Positions 9,472-19,813 are shown, counted from the first letter of the stretch. The stretch: 64,000 bases of DNA from an uncultured Actinomycetota bacterium (GCA_963807005.1 CAWDZK010000006.1:558875-622874), one strand, 5' to 3'. Numbers and translations are program-made. The notes: generated by a model not told the origin, from the letters alone.

Positions 9472-9991
9472 CAACGTCCCGCTCGTCGGCATCGTCATGG
9501 GCAGCGACTCGGACTGGCCGGTCATGGAGGACGCCGCGACCGCGCTGCGCGAGTTCGGCGTCCCCTACGAGGTCGACGTCGTCTCGGCCCACCGGATGCC
9601 CCGCGAGATGGTGCAGTACGGCGAGCAGGCAGCCGGCCGCGACCTGAAGGTCATCGTGGCCGGCGCGGGGGGAGCCGCCCACCTGCCGGGGATGCTCGCC
9701 AGCGTCACGCCGCTGCCGGTGATCGGGGTTCCCGTCCCGCTCGCGTACCTGGACGGCATGGACTCGCTGCTGTCGATGGTCCAGATGCCGTCCGGGGTCC
9801 CGGTGGCGACCGTCGCCGTCGGGGGCGCCCGCAACGCCGGCCTGCTGGCGGTGCGCATCCTTGCCGCGTCGGACCGGTCGCTGCAGGAGAAGATGCTCGC
9901 CTTCCAGGAGGACCTGCGCCAGAAGGCGATCGCGAAGGGCGGTCCGATGCGGCGCCGCAGCTCGGGCGAGAACGTCGGCTTCGGCGCCTAG
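9464..9991 (+). CDS. purE: N5-carboxyaminoimidazole ribonucleotide mutase
   Basis: [21 protein letters not shown]...[18 protein letters not shown]...VPV. Its start overlaps the purK stop. Confidence 0.9.
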   Translation: MASNVPLVGIVMGSDSDWPVMEDAATALREFGVPYEVDVVSAHRMPREMVQYGEQAAGRDLKVIVAGAGGAAHLPGMLASVTPLPVIGVPVPLAYLDGMDSLLSMVQMPSGVPVATVAVGGARNAGLLAVRILAASDRSLQEKMLAFQEDLRQKAIAKGGPMRRRSSGENVGFGA

Positions 9992-10000
9992 GACCGGGGC

Positions 10001-10546
10001 ATGCCGACGTACGTCGCGCTGCTCCGCGGCATCAACCTCGGCGCCCGCAACCGGGTGGCGATGGCCGACCTGCGGTCGGTGCTGGCCGGGCTGGGCTACG
10101 GCGATGTCCGCACCCACCTGCAGAGCGGCAACGCGGTGTTCACCGCACCGGACCGTGGCCCAGGTCCGGTCGCGGCGGCGCTGCACGCGGCTCTCGACGA
10201 CCGCTACGAGTTCGACGTCCCGGTGATCGTCCGGACGGCGGCCCAGGTGCGGACGGTCGCCACAGCGGACCCGCACGGCGACGTGGCCGACGACCCGGCC
10301 CGCTACCTGGTCCAGTTCGCCGACGGGCCGATCCCGAAGCGCGCGTTCGACGACCTCGACCGCGCGGGCTACGAGCCCGAGCGGCTCGCGGTCCGCGGTA
10401 GCGAGGCCTACCTCTGGCTGCCCGGCGGGCTGCACAGGAGCCGGCTGGCGCCGGCGGTGGAGCGACGGCTCACGGGCCTGACGGTGACGGTGCGCAACTG
10501 GCGCACGGTCCTCGCGCTGGCAGAGCTGACCGGTCAGCCGTCGTAG
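10001..10546 (+). CDS. DUF1697 domain protein
   Basis: MPTYVALLRGINLGARNRVAMADLRSVLAGLGYGDVRTHLQSGNAVF, the hallmark DUF1697 N-terminus. Confidence 0.7.
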   Translation: MPTYVALLRGINLGARNRVAMADLRSVLAGLGYGDVRTHLQSGNAVFTAPDRGPGPVAAALHAALDDRYEFDVPVIVRTAAQVRTVATADPHGDVADDPARYLVQFADGPIPKRAFDDLDRAGYEPERLAVRGSEAYLWLPGGLHRSRLAPAVERRLTGLTVTVRNWRTVLALAELTGQPS

Positions 10547-10755
10547 CGCAGCAGGTCACCGGGCTGGCAGCCCAGCTCCCGGCAGATCGCCGACAACGTC
10601 GAGAACCGGACGGCCTTGGCCCGGTCGTTCTTCAGCACCGACAGGTTGACGATGGTCACCCCGACCCGCTCGGCCAGCTCGGTCAGGGTCAAGCCGCGCT
10701 CGGCCAGCACGTCGTCGAGGTGGACCGAGATCAGGTGGTCGTCCTCGGAGGGCAT
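10534..10755 (-). CDS. XRE-family (Cro/C1-type) helix-turn-helix transcriptional regulator
   Basis: MPSEDDHLISVHLDDVLAERGLTLTELAERVGVTIVNLSVLKNDRAKAVRFSTLSAICRELGCQPGDLLRY. Confidence 0.8.
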   Translation of the reverse strand: MPSEDDHLISVHLDDVLAERGLTLTELAERVGVTIVNLSVLKNDRAKAVRFSTLSAICRELGCQPGDLLRYDG

Positions 10756-11090
10756 CAGACCAGCCCGTCGAGGTCCTCGCGCAGCGCGACGCCGCGGCGG
10801 AAGACCTCGCCCACCGAGGCGACGACCAGGCCGACCGCGACCCAGAGGAACGAGATGCTGAACTCGTTCGTCCGCAGCAGGGGGTCGGCGGCGGTCGCGG
10901 AGCAGCAGGGCCTTGTGCGTCATCTGCGTGACGACGGGGGCGCAGCGTGCCGCCGACTGCGAGGACGGCTCCGATGGCCGGACACCCGTCGCGCGTTGGC
11001 GGCGGTGAACGGCTCACCTCGTCGCAGCGAGCGCGCGACGAGCAGGAGGAGGACCAGGACGACGAGCGCCGTGCCGGCCACGAGCACCGG
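10756..11090 (-). pseudogene. Degraded DUF2975-like membrane protein gene (in-frame TGA and internal frame disruption) immediately upstream of the XRE regulator
   Basis: Minus-strand translation gives an N-terminal TM segment plus GEPFT motif (VLVAGTALVVLVLLLLVARSLRRGEPFTAANARRV). An in-frame TGA overlaps the start of the XRE gene's upstream ORF. The C-terminal piece FSISFLWVAVGLVVASVGEVFRRGVALREDLDGLV* ends with TGATG overlap onto the XRE start. The middle of the protein is missing or frame-shifted. Confidence 0.4.
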
Positions 11091-11180
11091 GCCGACGGGT
11101 ACTGCAGCCGCTGACCGGCGCTCGGCCCCCAGAACGTGACGTGGACCGGTGCGGCGCCGGACAGCTCGACCTGGCGCGGG

Positions 11181-12398
11181 TCACCGGGGTCCAGGTCGTC
11201 GGGCGGGCAGGCTCGGCGCTCCCGGTACGGCCACGGGATCGGTCAGGTCGGCGCTGACCTGCATGACCGCACGGTCCTCGCCGAAGGGGCGCAGGCCGCT
11301 TCGCCGCCGTGCGTCGATCAGCGGCGCGGCGACCCCGAAGAGCCGCGACCAGGACGATCCCGAGCCGCCAGGAGCAGCTCCAGCGCCCGCGAGTCTCGTC
11401 GTGCTCCACCGCATCGCTGTCTCCCCTGCTTCGTTGTCGTATCGACAGACGATAACATCGAGGAACGATAAGTCGACGTCGACGCGTCGAACGCGGGCGT
11501 CGGTCAGAGGTCGAGCGCCGGACATCTCCTGGCGGTCCTCGGCGCCGTACGCCGCCCAGTGCCAGAGGCCGGCGCCGGTGACGCGTGCCTCGTTGCAGGC
11601 CGCGACGAACGCTCGCGTCTCGCGGCGTCCCAGCGCGCCCGCGCTGCCGCCGATGACGTGCAGCGAGACCGCTGGACCCAGCGCGTCGCGCAGGAACGCG
11701 ATGTTCCCCATCGTGTAGTCGTACGTCGCCGCCGCGCCGCTCACCCGGTAGCTCGAGTAGCTCATCGGCAGCACCACGTCGTAGAACCGGCCCACCGAGG
11801 CCCAGGGGAAGTCCGGCCAGAACTTCGGCGCCAGGCTCATGCCGATCGGCGACGGCACGATCGCCCCGAGCCGGTAGCCCGGCGGAACGGACTCGCGGAT
11901 CCGCCGGCTCAACCGCCGCAGGTTGCGGTCCCGCCGGTCGCCCGCGGGAGTTGTGGCGGACGGCTCGATGTCGAGGGCGAACGCGTCGAACCGCTGACCG
12001 GACCCGGTGCGGAAGTCGATCGCGGCCATCGCGCGGCGGTGCTCGCGTCCGACCCGCCGCAACGGCGGGAGGTACCACGCGACCACCCGCATCCCGCGCG
12101 CGTGCGCGGCGACCAGGAACCTGGCGACCTTGCGCGGCCGGTACACGTCACTGCTCACCGGCGACGCGGAGCTCGCGGTCTGCAGGAACAGTGTGTGGAC
12201 GCCGGCGGCGTGCATGCGGCGGACCTGGGCGACCGGGTGGTCCCACACGGCGTTCCCGGAGAAGATCGACACCCACGTCCCGGACCCGGCGAACGGCCGT
12301 CCTGCACCGGCGGCGGCCGGCGACGCCGGCACCGCCGCCGTGACGAGCACTGCGGCCAGGCCGGCCACCACCAGCGTGCGGGCGGCCCGACCGCTCAT
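11181..12398 (-). CDS. Secreted putative glycoside hydrolase-like TIM-barrel protein (DUF4015/GHL-type) with low-complexity C-terminal tail
   Basis: ATG at 12398 gives MSGRAARTLVVAGLAAVLVTAAVPASPAAAG (signal peptide), then GTWVSIFSGNAVWDHP...VHTLFLQ...MRVVAWYLPP...FDAFALDIEP. The last ~100 aa are Arg/Gly/Pro-rich and may reflect a frameshift. Confidence 0.5.
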   Translation of the reverse strand: MSGRAARTLVVAGLAAVLVTAAVPASPAAAGAGRPFAGSGTWVSIFSGNAVWDHPVAQVRRMHAAGVHTLFLQTASSASPVSSDVYRPRKVARFLVAAHARGMRVVAWYLPPLRRVGREHRRAMAAIDFRTGSGQRFDAFALDIEPSATTPAGDRRDRNLRRLSRRIRESVPPGYRLGAIVPSPIGMSLAPKFWPDFPWASVGRFYDVVLPMSYSSYRVSGAAATYDYTMGNIAFLRDALGPAVSLHVIGGSAGALGRRETRAFVAACNEARVTGAGLWHWAAYGAEDRQEMSGARPLTDARVRRVDVDLSFLDVIVCRYDNEAGETAMRWSTTRLAGAGAAPGGSGSSWSRLFGVAAPLIDARRRSGLRPFGEDRAVMQVSADLTDPVAVPGAPSLPARRPGPR

Positions 12399-12787
12399 CG
12401 TCCCCACTCGATGACCGGGCAGCGGTCCATCACCATGAGCAGGCCCGCGTCGCGGACCCGCTGGGCGGCCTGCTCGTCGATGACGCCGAGCTGGAACCAG
12501 ACCGCCTTCGCCCCCACCGCGACGGCCTGGTCGGCGATGTCGCCCGCCCGCGCGCTGTTGACGAACACATCGACGACGTCGACCGGGTGCGGCACGTCCG
12601 TCAGCCGCGCGTACGCCGGCTCGCCGAAGACGTCCTCGGGCTGCCGGTGCACGGGCACGATGCGCCTGCCCTGCTCCTGCAGGAAGCGCGCGACGCCGTA
12701 CGCCGCCCGGGCCGGGTTCTGGCGGAGGCCGACCACCGCCCACGTCTCGAGGTCGAGGACCTCCCGCACGGTGGCGCCGTCGTTCAC
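12395..12787 (-). CDS. CoA-binding domain protein (YccU-like)
   Basis: GTG start overlapping the ugd stop (GTGA). VNDGATVREVLDLETWAVVGLRQNPARAAYGVARFLQEQGRRIVPVHRQ...AKAVWFQLGV. Confidence 0.8.
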   Translation of the reverse strand: MNDGATVREVLDLETWAVVGLRQNPARAAYGVARFLQEQGRRIVPVHRQPEDVFGEPAYARLTDVPHPVDVVDVFVNSARAGDIADQAVAVGAKAVWFQLGVIDEQAAQRVRDAGLLMVMDRCPVIEWGR

Positions 12788-14100
12788 GGGCGGCCGAGGG
12801 AGCCGTAGGTCCAGCCGGCCTCCCGCCAGCGCTGGGCGTCGAGCGCGTTTCGGCCGTCGATGACGACCTTCTCGCGGACAACGGCGGCGAGCACGGCGGG
12901 GTCCATCTCGCGGAACTCCTGCCACTCGGTGAGGTGCAGGACCAGGTCGGCACCTTCGCAGGCCTCGCTCGCCGAGTCGGCGTAGGACAGCGTCGGGAAC
13001 AGCGCCTTGGCGTTGTCGTTGCCGCGCGGGTCGTAGACCGTCACCTGGGCGCCCTGCAGCTGGATCTGGCCGGCCACGTTGAGGGCGGGGGAGTCGCGCA
13101 CGTCGTCGCTGTTGGGCTTGAAGGACGCGCCCAGTACGCCGACCCGCTTGCCGAGGAGGCTGCCGCCGCAGGCGTCCCGGGCCCGGTCGACCACATGCGC
13201 CCGGCGGCGCATGTTGATCGCGTCGACCTCGCGCAGGAACGACAGGGCCTGGTCGACGCCGAGCTCGCCCGCCCGGGCCATGAACGCCCGGATGTCCTTC
13301 GGCAGGCAGCCGCCGCCGAAGCCGAGGCCGGCGTTGAGGAACTTGCGCCCGATCCGCTCGTCGTGGCCGATCGCGTCGGCGAGCATCGTCACGTCGGCGC
13401 CGGTGGCCTCGCACAGCTCGGCCATCGCGTTGATGAACGAGATCTTGGTGGCGAGGAACGCGTTGGCCGAGACCTTGACCAGCTCGGCGGTGGCGAAGTC
13501 GGTGACGAGGAACGGCGTGCCCGTGTCAAGCATGCTCGCGTACACCTCGCGCAGCACCTCCTCCGCCCGGGGCGAGGTGGTGCCCACCACGATGCGGTCC
13601 GGGTGCAGGGTGTCCTCGACGGCGAACCCCTCGCGGAGGAACTCCGGGTTCCAGGCCAGCTCGACGGCCTCCCCGGCCGGGGCCAGGGCTGCCAGCCGCT
13701 GCTGAAGCCGGGCCGCGGTGCCGACCGGCACGGTCGACTTGCCGACCACCAGGGTGGGGCGGTCCAGGTGCGGGGCAAGGCCGTCGACCACGCCGTCGAC
13801 GTAGCGCAGGTCGGCGGCGTACTCACCCTTGCGCTGCGGCGTGCCCACGCAGAGGAAGTGCACATCCGCGGCGGCTGCCTCCGCGTACGACGTCGTGAAG
13901 CGCAGCCGGCCGCTCTCGACACCCTTGCGCAGCAGCGGTTCGAGGTCCGGCTCGAACATCGGTGCCCGGCCCTCGCTGAGCGCGGCCACCTTCGCTTCGT
14001 CGACGTCCATGCCGACCACGTCGAACCCGAGCTCGGCCATGGCGGCGGCGTGGGTGGCGCCGAGGTAGCCGGTCCCGAGAACGCTGAGGCGGAGAGTCAT
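12784..14100 (-). CDS. ugd: UDP-glucose 6-dehydrogenase
   Basis: MTLRLSVLGTGYLGATHAAAMAELGFDVVGMDVDEAKV...GGGCLPKDIRAF... with Rossmann, catalytic Cys and UDP-binding C-terminal domain. Confidence 0.9.
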   Translation of the reverse strand: MTLRLSVLGTGYLGATHAAAMAELGFDVVGMDVDEAKVAALSEGRAPMFEPDLEPLLRKGVESGRLRFTTSYAEAAAADVHFLCVGTPQRKGEYAADLRYVDGVVDGLAPHLDRPTLVVGKSTVPVGTAARLQQRLAALAPAGEAVELAWNPEFLREGFAVEDTLHPDRIVVGTTSPRAEEVLREVYASMLDTGTPFLVTDFATAELVKVSANAFLATKISFINAMAELCEATGADVTMLADAIGHDERIGRKFLNAGLGFGGGCLPKDIRAFMARAGELGVDQALSFLREVDAINMRRRAHVVDRARDACGGSLLGKRVGVLGASFKPNSDDVRDSPALNVAGQIQLQGAQVTVYDPRGNDNAKALFPTLSYADSASEACEGADLVLHLTEWQEFREMDPAVLAAVVREKVVIDGRNALDAQRWREAGWTYGSLGRP

Positions 14101-14176
14101 GCGGGCAAGGCTAGCGACGGCTCGGACGCCCCCGCCCGGGCGTCTGGTGCGGGGACCGGCGCCGTACCCTGCCGGG

Positions 14177-15328
14177 GTGAGCGACTTCGACGTCTACCGC
14201 CTTTCCGACGAGCACGAGATGCTGCGCGAAGCCGTCCGGGCAGTGTGCGACGACAAGATCGCCCCGCTGGCCGCTGAGGTCGACGAGCGGGCCGAGTTCC
14301 CCCAGGAGTCCTACGACGCGCTGCGCAAGGCCGACTTCCACGCGGTGCACATCCCGGAGCAGTACGGCGGCGCCGGTGCCGACGCGCTGGCGACCTGCAT
14401 CGTCATCGAGGAGGTGGCCCGGGCCTGCGCCTCGACCTCTCTGATCCCGGCGGTGAACAAGCTCGGGACCATGCCCTTGCTGCTGTCGGCGTCCGAGGAG
14501 CTGCTCAAGCGCTACCTGCCGGCAGTCGCGAGCGGCGAGGCGATGTTCTCCTACGCCCTGTCCGAGCCGGAGGCAGGCAGCGACGCGGTCGCGATGAAGA
14601 CCACCGCGGTGCGCGACGGTGACCACTACGTGCTCAACGGTGCCAAGCGCTGGATCACCAACGCCGGGGTGTCGGAGTACTACACCGTGATGGCGGTCAC
14701 CGACCCCGAGGCCGGGGCGAACGGCATCTCGGCCTTCGTCGTGGAGAAGAACGACGACGGCTTCACCTTCGGGGCACCGGAGAAGAAGCTCGGCATCAAG
14801 GGGTCACCCACCCGCGAGCTGTACTTCGACGGCTGCCGCATCCCGGCCGACAGGCTCGTCGGGGCCGAGGGCAGCGGCTTCAAGACGGCGCTGCGCACCC
14901 TGGACCACACCCGGGTGACGATCGCCGCTCAGGCAGTGGGCATCGCCGCAGGCGCGCTGGCCCACGCCACGCGGTACGCGAAGGAGCGCAAGCAGTTCGG
15001 CAAGTCGATCTCGGACTTCCAGGGCGTCCAGTTCATGCTCGCCGACATGGCGATGAAGCTCGAGGCTGCGCGACAGATGACCTACGTCGCGGCGGCGAAG
15101 TCCGAGCGCGGCGACGACGACCTGACCTTCTTCGGCGCCGCTGCCAAGTGCTACGCCTCGGACGTCGCGATGGAGGTCACCACCGACGCTGTGCAGATCC
15201 TCGGCGGGTACGGCTACGTCAAGGACTACCCGGTCGAGCGGATGATGCGCGACGCCAAGATCACCCAGATCTACGAGGGCACCAACCAGGTGCAGCGCCT
15301 CGTCATGGCACGACAGCTCCTGAAGTAG
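14177..15328 (+). CDS. Acyl-CoA dehydrogenase
   Basis: GTG start at 14177 (VSDFDVYRLSDEHEMLREAVRAV...). The ATG at 14099 would overlap the ugd start codon and is rejected. Motifs: ALSEPEAGSDAV, QILGGYGY, IYEGTNQVQRLVMARQLL. Confidence 0.9.
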   Translation: MSDFDVYRLSDEHEMLREAVRAVCDDKIAPLAAEVDERAEFPQESYDALRKADFHAVHIPEQYGGAGADALATCIVIEEVARACASTSLIPAVNKLGTMPLLLSASEELLKRYLPAVASGEAMFSYALSEPEAGSDAVAMKTTAVRDGDHYVLNGAKRWITNAGVSEYYTVMAVTDPEAGANGISAFVVEKNDDGFTFGAPEKKLGIKGSPTRELYFDGCRIPADRLVGAEGSGFKTALRTLDHTRVTIAAQAVGIAAGALAHATRYAKERKQFGKSISDFQGVQFMLADMAMKLEAARQMTYVAAAKSERGDDDLTFFGAAAKCYASDVAMEVTTDAVQILGGYGYVKDYPVERMMRDAKITQIYEGTNQVQRLVMARQLLK

Positions 15329-15351
15329 CCGCCGCGGACGTCAGCCGGCCG

Positions 15352-16095
15352 TCAGCCGGCCGGGCGCAGCCGGGCGGTGCCGAAGGCGACGGTGAACGCC
15401 CGGCACCAGACGACGACCTTCCCGGCGTCCGCGCGTCGCGGCACGGCGTACTGCTGGTCGCCCTTGTTGCCCTTGAGCGCGCCCAGGTCGACGGCGTCAC
15501 CGATGTCGCCCTGCGGAGGGACCAGGTAGACGCGCAGGTCCGGTCCGGGGGAGGTGGCGAACCGGGTGAGCGTGAGGACCCGGCGGCCGGACGGGAGCCG
15601 GATGAGCGAGGCCAGCCCCCGGGTCTCGTGCGCCTGGGCCCGGAACGCACCCGACGCCGACAGCGTGGCGCGGTCGGCAGCGGGCGGTGCCGCCGTCGGT
15701 GAGGCAGACGGTGCCGGCGCGGAGGCCGAGGGCGCCGCGCTGGCCGTCGGCGACGGAGTCGGCGTCGGTGACGCGGTCGGCGCCGGGCTGCCCGCCAGTG
15801 GGCCGGCCTGCACCACGTCCTCGTCGACGGCCCGGTCGACGTTGCTGGTGAGGAACAGGAAGCCGCCCACGACGAGGGCGGTACCCAGCCAGCTTCCGAC
15901 CACGGCCCAGGCCATCCGCCGCCACCGCAGGGCGACGGCGACGGCGAGGACGCCGGCCACTGCGAACCACGCGCCGGTCAGGACCATGGCGAGCGTGGCG
16001 TCGTCAGTGAGGACACCGCCGGTCAGCCAGACGCCCAGCACGGTCAGCACGGCGACGACAACGGCGGCTGCCACCCGGGCAACGATCGCGTTCAC
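15352..16095 (-). CDS. DM13-domain membrane protein with Pro/Ala/Ser-rich linker
   Basis: Three N-terminal TM helices, a low-complexity APTASPTPTPSPTASAAPS linker, and a C-terminal LTRFATSPGPDLRVYLVP...GDQQYAVP region consistent with a DM13 domain. Confidence 0.7.
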   Translation of the reverse strand: MNAIVARVAAAVVVAVLTVLGVWLTGGVLTDDATLAMVLTGAWFAVAGVLAVAVALRWRRMAWAVVGSWLGTALVVGGFLFLTSNVDRAVDEDVVQAGPLAGSPAPTASPTPTPSPTASAAPSASAPAPSASPTAAPPAADRATLSASGAFRAQAHETRGLASLIRLPSGRRVLTLTRFATSPGPDLRVYLVPPQGDIGDAVDLGALKGNKGDQQYAVPRRADAGKVVVWCRAFTVAFGTARLRPAG

Positions 16096-16173
16096 GGCTC
16101 GTCCCTCCTCGATGCCCCATCATCGGTCGCCTGCTCAGTCGGGACTCTTACCGAAACGTGACGTGTGCGTCGG

Positions 16174-18385
16174 TCAGAGCAGGCCGCCGGCGCGGGCGGC
16201 GGTCACGGCCTCGTCCCGGGTGGACACACCGAGCTTGCGGTACAGCGTGCGGGCATGGGTCTTTGCCGTGTTGTGCGAGACGAACAGCTCGTCCGCGATC
16301 TCGCGCAGGGTCTGCTGCCCGGGCAGCCGCTGCAGCACCGCTGCCTCGCGCGGGGTGAGGGCCTCGCCCTCGACGACGACCCGCGGCGAAGCCGGTACGT
16401 CGGCCAGCAGGGACAGCGCCCGCCCGGGGGCGGCCGAGAGGCGCAGCAGGGCCGCGCCCTCGTCCCGCAGGCGCTCCGCCGCGGCCCGCTCCCCGGCAGG
16501 CTCCAGCAGCCGGGCCAGGGCGGCGACGGTGGCGACCCGCTCCAGCCGGCCGGCACCGCTGCGTGCGGCGACGGTGGCGCGTTCGAGAACCGTCCGGGCC
16601 TCCGCTGTCCGGCCCTCCGCGAGCAGCAACCGCCCGTGCGCCAGCAGCGGAAGGGCCAGGACGAAGTGCTGCGCCAGGTCGGAGGCCGGCTCCAGGTGGA
16701 CGGCGACCTGGTCCAGGCGCCGGCGCGCGACCGTCTCGTCCCCTGACTCGAGCGCGAGCAGGGCCAGGTAGCCGCTGGCATACGTGTGGCCGGCGGCGTT
16801 GTCGTACGAGCGGGCGAGTGTCGTCGCCGTGGCCAGGGCGCTGCGGGCGGTGGCGTGGTCGCCGGTCCAGTAGCCGGTCGCTCCCCGCACGCAGTGCTCC
16901 ACCGTCGGCCAGAACGGCTCGCTCTCCGAGCGCTGCTGCTCGGCGCGGTCGAGCTCCTCCTGAGCGCGGGTCAGGTCGCCGGACTTGAACCGGTGCAGCG
17001 CGCGCAGGACGGCGTAGGGGTAGCCGTCCACCACCGGGTCGACCTCGAGCCAGGCGTCCAGCTCGTCCAGCCGTCCTTCGTCCGCCCAGATCAGGACCCG
17101 GGCGGCCGCCAGCCACGGGTCGAGCCGCAGCCGGTCGATGCCCAGGTCGTCCAGCCAGCTGTTGACCGTGGTGAGGCGCCCCGCGTTGTACTCGTGGTTC
17201 CAGCGCCGGGCGACCACGGCGTGCGCCCGGCCGAGATCGGGCGCCAGCATCGCGTGCCGCACCGCGTCGGCAGCCATGTCGTGCTGGTCGAACCACCGGC
17301 TGGCCCGACGGTGCAGCTCTGGCATCGAGTGGGCGGCCACCCGCTTCGAGCCGTGCGCGGAGCATGTCGGCGAACAGGTGGTGGAAGCGGAACCATTCGT
17401 GCCGGTCGTCGAGGGAGAGGACGAACAGGTTGGCCTGCTCCGCCTGACGCAGCAGCTCGGCCGAGTCGTCGCGACCGGTGACCGTGTCGCACAAAGCGGC
17501 GCAGAACCGGTCGAGCAGGGCGGTCGTGGTCAGCCAGTCCCGCAAGGTCGGGTCGAGTCCGCCCAGGACCTCGGCCCCCAGGTACTGCATGAGGTGCTCG
17601 TGCGCCCCGGAGAACTGCACGATCGAGCGGGCCGGATCGGTGCTGGTGCGCAGTGAGAGCGCGGCGAGGTGCAGCGCTGCCGCCCAGCCCTCCGTCCGCA
17701 GCTGCAGCGTCATCACGTCCGACCGGCCGAGCCGCAGCCCCAGGACGTCGGTGAGGAGGCTGCTCGTCTCGCTCGGGCTGAACCGCAGGTCGGTCGTCCC
17801 GACCTCGGTCAGCTCCCCGCGGGCCCGGAGCCGGGCCAGCGGCAACGCGGGCGTCGTCCGGGAGACGATCGCGACGTGCAGCGTCGGCGGCAGGTGGTCG
17901 ACGAGGAACGCGAGCTGCTCGTCGACGACGGGGGACCGGACCGCGTGGTAGTCGTCGAGCACCAGCACGGCCCGGTGGTCGGCGCCGGCGAGCACGTTGA
18001 GCAGCGCGGGCAGTCGCAGCTCGCGGATGTCTCCCGGTGTGCGCCCGCCGAGCTCCCGGAGCTGGACCGCGCGGTCCGGGAACGCCTGGACCAGGGCCTC
18101 GGTCACGTACGCCCAGAACGTCGCCGGGTCGCGGTCGCCCTCGTCCAGGCTGACCCAGCCGAACAGGTGGGTCTGCGCCGTGCGGCGCCGCCACTGCAGG
18201 ACCAGGGTGGTCTTCCCCCAGCCCGCGGGCGCACTGATCACGGTGAGCCGGGTGGCCTGGCCGGCGAGCAGCCGGTCGACCAGGGCGGCACGATCGACCA
18301 GCCGGCCGGCACGCCCGTGCGGGGGGTGCACCTTGCTCGCGAGCAGCGAGGGGTCGCGCGGCGGGTCGGTCAGGATCGGGGACAC
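16174..18385 (-). CDS. LuxR-family large ATP-binding regulator (LAL/MalT-like), reading frame disrupted near 17340-17370
   Basis: N-terminal part (in frame with ORF 16148..19159) has LLASKVHPP and Walker A APAGWGKTT. It ends ...LFADMLRARLEAGGRP, then continues in another frame (ORF 16174..17340) with PELHRRASRWFDQHDMAADAVRHA..., TPR-like region and C-terminal LuxR HTH (LTPREAAVLQRL...ELFVSHNTAKTHARTLYRKLGV). A one-nucleotide indel separates the halves. Start may alternatively be GTG 18433. Confidence 0.7.
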
Positions 18386-18544
18386 GGTGGGCTCGTGGCG
18401 ACCTTCGGTGCTGCTCGGCAGGACGGGGTCCACCCTCGTCCTCCACGACGGTGGCGTCCACCTCCGGCGCTCACCCGGGTGAGATCGGGGGCGACACCGC
18501 CCGCAGCGACACCGGCCGGACCCGGCCGGTCTAGCGTGCCGGCC

Positions 18545-19180
18545 ATGCCGGAGCGGAGCACGCTCGACGCCGACGACCGGGTGGACGCTGGCGCTGAGCT
18601 CGTCGAGGCCATCCGGGCGGGCGACGAGATGGCCTTCGCCGGGATCGTCCACCTCTGGTCGCCGTTCCTGCTGCGCACCGCGACCCTGCTCACGGGGGAC
18701 CCGGGCGGTGCCGAGACCCTGGTGCGGGAGACGTGGCTGCGGGTCCTCCGTGAGCTGTCCGCCTTCCGTCCCCCGCCGCGCCTGCGTGCGATGGTGTGCG
18801 GCGTCATGCTCCGGGCTGCCGACGTGACCGTCCCGGCGGGGGGCAGCCAGGACGAGCCGACGGTCGACCCCGGCAGGTTCCTCCCGCCGGACGACCCCCG
18901 CTGGCCGGGGCACTGGGCCGTCCCGCCCGGTGACTGGCCGGCGATGGAAGACCTCCGGGCGGGCTCGCGGGGTGTCGGTCACCTGCTTCGCGAGGCGCTG
19001 GCGGAGCTTCCGGTCGAGCAGCGGGTCGTGGTCGGCCTGCGGGACATGGCCGGCTGCGACGTGGCCGAGATCAGCGAGATCGTGCGGCGGGACCACGACG
19101 ACGTACGGCGGCTGCTGCACCATGGCCGCAGCGTTCTGCGCCGTCGGCTGGAGACCCACTTCCTCGCCCCGACCGCCTGA
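18545..19180 (+). CDS. ECF-type RNA polymerase sigma-70 factor (no adjacent anti-sigma gene)
   Basis: MPERSTLDADDRVDAGAELVEAIRAGDEMAFAGIVHLWSPFLL (region 2) ... LAELPVEQRVVVGLRDMAGCDVAEISEIV (region 4). Confidence 0.85.
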   Translation: MPERSTLDADDRVDAGAELVEAIRAGDEMAFAGIVHLWSPFLLRTATLLTGDPGGAETLVRETWLRVLRELSAFRPPPRLRAMVCGVMLRAADVTVPAGGSQDEPTVDPGRFLPPDDPRWPGHWAVPPGDWPAMEDLRAGSRGVGHLLREALAELPVEQRVVVGLRDMAGCDVAEISEIVRRDHDDVRRLLHHGRSVLRRRLETHFLAPTA

Positions 19181-19204
19181 CGGCCCGTCGAAGGGTGTAC
19201 CGGT

Positions 19205-19813
19205 TCAGGCGGAGAGCCCGGCGAGGGAGAAGAACTCGGCGCGGGCGCCGGAGTCCTCGCGCAGCCAGCCGTGCAGGGCGGAGGTCACTGTGCTCGAGCC
19301 CACCGCCTGCACGCCGCGCAGCGTCATGCAGGTGTGCTCGGCCCGCAGCACCACGCCCACTCCGCGGGCCTGCAGGTGCGCCGAGAGCCAGTCGGCGACC
19401 TGCTGGGTGAGCCGCTCCTGGACCTGGGGTGCGTGGGCGAACATCTGTACCACCCGGGCCAGCTTGGACAGGCCGAGGATCCGGGCGCCGGGCAGGTACC
19501 CCACATGAGCCACCCCGACGAAGGGCAGCAGGTGGTGCTCGCAGACCGAGCGGAACGGGATGTCCCTGGCCAGCACCAGCTCGTCGTACCCCTCGTCGTT
19601 CGGGAAGGTGGTGAGGTCGAACGGCGGGGGGCTGAACAGCTCGGCGTAGGCGCGGACCATCCGCCCCGGTGTCTCGCTCAGCCCCTCGCGGTCGACGTCC
19701 ACGCCCAGGGCCGTCAGCAGGTCGGTCGCGGCGCGCTCGGCGGCGGCCAGGTCGACCGGCAGCACGGACCGGACGACCGCCAGAGCCGGGGAGGCCGCCG
19801 CGTTGACGCTCAT
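19205..19813 (-). CDS. folE: GTP cyclohydrolase I
   Basis: [17 protein letters not shown]...[21 protein letters not shown]...GLSKLARVV...[11 protein letters not shown]. Its start overlaps the stop of the upstream GH63-like gene (ATGA). Confidence 0.9.
   Translation of the reverse strand: MSVNAAASPALAVVRSVLPVDLAAAERAATDLLTALGVDVDREGLSETPGRMVRAYAELFSPPPFDLTTFPNDEGYDELVLARDIPFRSVCEHHLLPFVGVAHVGYLPGARILGLSKLARVVQMFAHAPQVQERLTQQVADWLSAHLQARGVGVVLRAEHTCMTLRGVQAVGSSTVTSALHGWLREDSGARAEFFSLAGLSA

Noticed and set aside
14099-14176. ATG 14099 as start of the second acyl-CoA dehydrogenase
   Set aside because: Would overlap the divergent ugd start codon (14100). GTG 14177 gives a canonical ACAD N-terminus.
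17091-18461. 456-aa minus-strand ORF in third frame over the LAL regulator
   Set aside because: No protein-like features. Overlaps the real coding frame.
16148-19159. Single 1003-aa minus-strand ORF
   Set aside because: Only its 18385-17370 part corresponds to the LAL regulator N-terminal half. The rest is read-through in a stop-poor GC-rich frame, and the C-terminal half of the regulator is in another frame.
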